A stretch of 60,844 nt of DNA, the filler included. It is 8 parts of 8 records of this genome, joined end to end, with 100 filler letters (N's around TTAATTAATTAA, not from the genome) between each part and the next. Parts side by side here need not be neighbours in the genome. Positions count along the whole stretch, not along the records: positions 54,067 to 60,844 come from SRR31156797_15500; 7 more parts are not named here. One strand, given 5' to 3'. Under the pieces are notes generated by a model. That model was not told the origin of the DNA. It did not search any database and worked only from the letters and a program-made list of their open reading frames with translations. This document shows positions 58,487-60,844 of this stretch, piece by piece (within the stretch, counting starts at the first letter, position 1; each line of letters begins with the position of its first letter). The translations under genes and the position numbers were made by a program.

Positions 58487-59157
58487 TAATTACTCACATT
58501 CTTTCTGTCATCCTTATTTCAAGCTCTCTAATCCCATCTCTTGAAATACGCTATAAGAAGATTGCTGCATTTTTTGTTTTTTTGGCACTTGTTTTTATTT
58601 GGTATAAAACCGGGTTTCCACCATTTATAAACGGGAGAACTTCAACTCTATTTTTTGGAGCTATCCTGCTTTTTCGTTCTTTTTTTAATCTAGGCTCAAA
58701 AACAGCCTTTTTTACCAGAATTACTGCGCTAGTCATGTCTCTAGCAGGAGTGTTCATTCCAGTTAGCTCTAATAAAGTTGATGCCATTTTATCAAGTTTC
58801 TGGTTGGGAATACACGTTCCATTTTTCTTTCTGGGATACCTTTCTTTGACCATTGCGTTCATATCTTCACTTCTTAACGATGAAAGAACTGAAAAAAAAG
58901 AGGCAATGCTTGCTCTGCTCTTTCTTTTTCTTGGACTATTTACCGGAGCAATCTGGGCGGAGATCTCGTGGGGTCGATTTTTCGGATTTGATCCAAAAGA
59001 AGTATGGACTCTGGCTCTTATTATTTCTTTAAGCTCCTATTTTTTTTCCAACAAAAGAATTCAGCGAAAAAGTATTCTTGCTGTTTCTTTTTTCTTAATG
59101 CTTGCAACATACCTTGTTGTTTCATTTATTTTACCTGGAATGCACTCATACGTTTAA
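58474..59157 (+). CDS. ccsA: Cytochrome c biogenesis protein CcsA/ResC (system II), divergent
   Basis: SFWLGIHV, TGAIWAEISWGRFFGFDPKEVW, GMHSY. Confidence 0.88.
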   Translation: MEALIITHILSVILISSSLIPSLEIRYKKIAAFFVFLALVFIWYKTGFPPFINGRTSTLFFGAILLFRSFFNLGSKTAFFTRITALVMSLAGVFIPVSSNKVDAILSSFWLGIHVPFFFLGYLSLTIAFISSLLNDERTEKKEAMLALLFLFLGLFTGAIWAEISWGRFFGFDPKEVWTLALIISLSSYFFSNKRIQRKSILAVSFFLMLATYLVVSFILPGMHSYV

Positions 59158-59234
59158 CTTTTTGTTGCAAAACGCTATTTTCTGTATTATAAATAGCACT
59201 GTTACATTTCAAAATTGATATAGGCGGACCTTTT

Positions 59235-60844
59235 ATGATCGAAAACAGCTTTTCTTCCAGAGTGTGTGAAATTGACATCCCGTTATTCCTTTTAGACATC
59301 AACTCTCTTGAAATTCTTGACCTCAACCTTTCATTTGCAAAAGTTGCAGGATTTTCAACAAAACACGAGCTGCTTTCTGATGACACATTCTCAATTGTTT
59401 CATTTTTAAAAAACTCTGAAATAGTTCTCAAAATCAAAAAACAAAAAAGAGCTGTAAATGAGAAAGTCGAATGCATCGGCTATGATGGGGTTCCATTTTA
59501 TGCGATCATTTCTGCTCAGCAGACAGAAGTGGAAGATGTTTATCAAATAATTGTTCTTGAAATATCAAAAAACAGCGGGTCTGAAAAAAATGTGATTGAT
59601 CTGCTTCCAAACAACAGCTATATGGAAAGAAAAATATCAGAAGAGATCACAAGATCAAAGATCGATGGTTCAAAGATCGCTTTTATATCTTTGGATATCG
59701 ATCACTTTAAAAAGGTCAACGACGTTCTTGGAAGTAGAAATGGCGATAAAATGATAGAGCTCTTTTCTAAACGACTGTCCGAACATCTTGGAGAAAATGA
59801 TTATCTAGCCCACAAGTCCGGAGATAAATTTTCCATCTTATATTCAAGACTTAACGACCTTTCAGGAATTTCTAAAAAACTTACTGAAATCGTAAACAAC
59901 TTTAAAAAAGGTTTCAACCTATACAATATGAAGTTTCACTACACCGTCAGCGCCGGAGCGGCTTTCTATCCTGATGACGCTTCAAATCCGGAGCAACTTT
60001 ATGACAACTCTCAGACTGCGCTCAATAATGCAAAATCTCTAGGTGGAAATAAATTCATTTTTTATTCCAGAGACATGAACATCGATGCTTATAAAAATAT
60101 TGAACTTGAAAACAATATTCATAGAGCCGTAAAGAACTCTGAATTCAAACTGCTTTATCAGCCGATCTTTGATCTTAGCACCGGCAAGATAAAATCAATG
60201 GAGGCGCTTATCAGGTGGCAGAATCCTGACACTAAAATCTGTCAACCTCCTTCAAAGTTCATTCCATTCTGTGAAAAAAGCGGACTGATCATTCAAGTAG
60301 GAAAATGGGTTCTTAAAACCGCCTGCCTTCAAAATAAGGCCTGGCAGGAACAAGGTTTGGAAAAGGTGCCTGTAAGTATTAATCTGAGTGCCGTACAATT
60401 TAAGGATAAGAACCTCATATCTACAGTTCGAGACACTTTAAATGAAACAGGTCTTGACCCTGAATATCTTGAGATAGAAGTTACTGAAACATCATTAATA
60501 GATAACTTCAATATGGCTGTTGAGACCGTGTCGCAACTTAAATCACTTGGGGTATCAATATCAATAGACGACTTTGGAACAGGATATTCATCCCTCATCT
60601 ATCTAAAAAAGTTTAACGTGGATAAACTCAAAATAGACAGATCCTTTATCAACGAGCTTCCTAAAAGCAATGAAGATGCAGCCATCGTTTCAGCAGTTCT
60701 AGGGTTGTGTCGGTCTTTAAATCTTCAAACTGTTGCAGAAGGAGTCGAAACGAAAGAGCAGGAAGATTTTCTTAAGAGCAGGAACTGTGACACAGTCCAA
60801 GGCTATTATTATTCAAGGCCGATCACATCATCAAAGATCCGAGA
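59235..60844 (+). CDS. PAS + degenerate GGDEF + EAL c-di-GMP phosphodiesterase (3' truncated; missing from the ORF track)
   Basis: ATG at 59235; LDIDHFKKVND, AHKSGDKF, YQPI, MEALIRW, EIEVTE, IDDFGTGYSS, KIDRSF, AEGVET, QGYYYSRP. Confidence 0.92.
   Translation, partial: MIENSFSSRVCEIDIPLFLLDINSLEILDLNLSFAKVAGFSTKHELLSDDTFSIVSFLKNSEIVLKIKKQKRAVNEKVECIGYDGVPFYAIISAQQTEVEDVYQIIVLEISKNSGSEKNVIDLLPNNSYMERKISEEITRSKIDGSKIAFISLDIDHFKKVNDVLGSRNGDKMIELFSKRLSEHLGENDYLAHKSGDKFSILYSRLNDLSGISKKLTEIVNNFKKGFNLYNMKFHYTVSAGAAFYPDDASNPEQLYDNSQTALNNAKSLGGNKFIFYSRDMNIDAYKNIELENNIHRAVKNSEFKLLYQPIFDLSTGKIKSMEALIRWQNPDTKICQPPSKFIPFCEKSGLIIQVGKWVLKTACLQNKAWQEQGLEKVPVSINLSAVQFKDKNLISTVRDTLNETGLDPEYLEIEVTETSLIDNFNMAVETVSQLKSLGVSISIDDFGTGYSSLIYLKKFNVDKLKIDRSFINELPKSNEDAAIVSAVLGLCRSLNLQTVAEGVETKEQEDFLKSRNCDTVQGYYYSRPITSSKIR

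Noticed and set aside
1-60844. CRISPR arrays, rRNA, prophage, retron or reverse-transcriptase genes
   Set aside because: No regularly spaced repeats, rRNA-like segments, or recognisable cas, phage or RT motifs in any fragment.

Overview
The window is not one locus. It is eight unrelated contig fragments joined by 100-nt artificial spacers (N-run + TTAATTAATTAA + N-run) at 8613-8712, 18177-18276, 27707-27806, 33888-33987, 40183-40282, 48018-48117 and 53967-54066. GC content and gene style change at the spacers, so synteny is only meaningful within a fragment. Taxonomic labels below are inferences from gene content and composition. (1) 1-8612, GC-rich, spirochaete-like: GT-B glycosyltransferase end, nlpD-like gene plus group-2 sigma factor, AraC regulator, MATE-feoA-feoB-feoC, flavodoxin/ferredoxin. 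(2) 8713-18176, AT-rich, Bacteroidales-like: [FeFe]-hydrogenase sensory/regulatory cluster leading into bifurcating-hydrogenase subunits. (3) 18277-27706, Desulfobacterales-like: corrinoid methyltransferase (O-demethylase-like) island with GntR regulator, palindromic operator and outer-membrane channel, bracketed by IS relics. (4) 27807-33887: MCP end, glpD-like / alkyl-DHAP-synthase-like / FGGY kinase operon, start of trkH. (5) 33988-40182: pseudouridine synthase, secA, Cys-rich protein, M23-like lipoprotein, ATPase. (6) 40283-48017, spirochaete-like: partial tRNA-Leu, degenerate ymdB, rseC-like, cheB/cheR, lptCAB-rpoN-hpf-hprK. (7) 48118-53966, Bacteroidales-like: cysD, fabI, recN, DUF4835-like, coaBC split at an A10 run, rpoZ. 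(8) 54067-60844: MCP, Cys-rich lipoprotein / cytochrome c / beta-barrel / divergent system II maturation operon, PAS-GGDEF-EAL protein. The strongest leads are the coaBC -1 frameshift, the corrinoid island with its regulator, the porin-cytochrome operon with an atypical CcsBA, and the alkyl-DHAP-synthase-like operon. All family calls come from motif recognition by eye; no searches were run.
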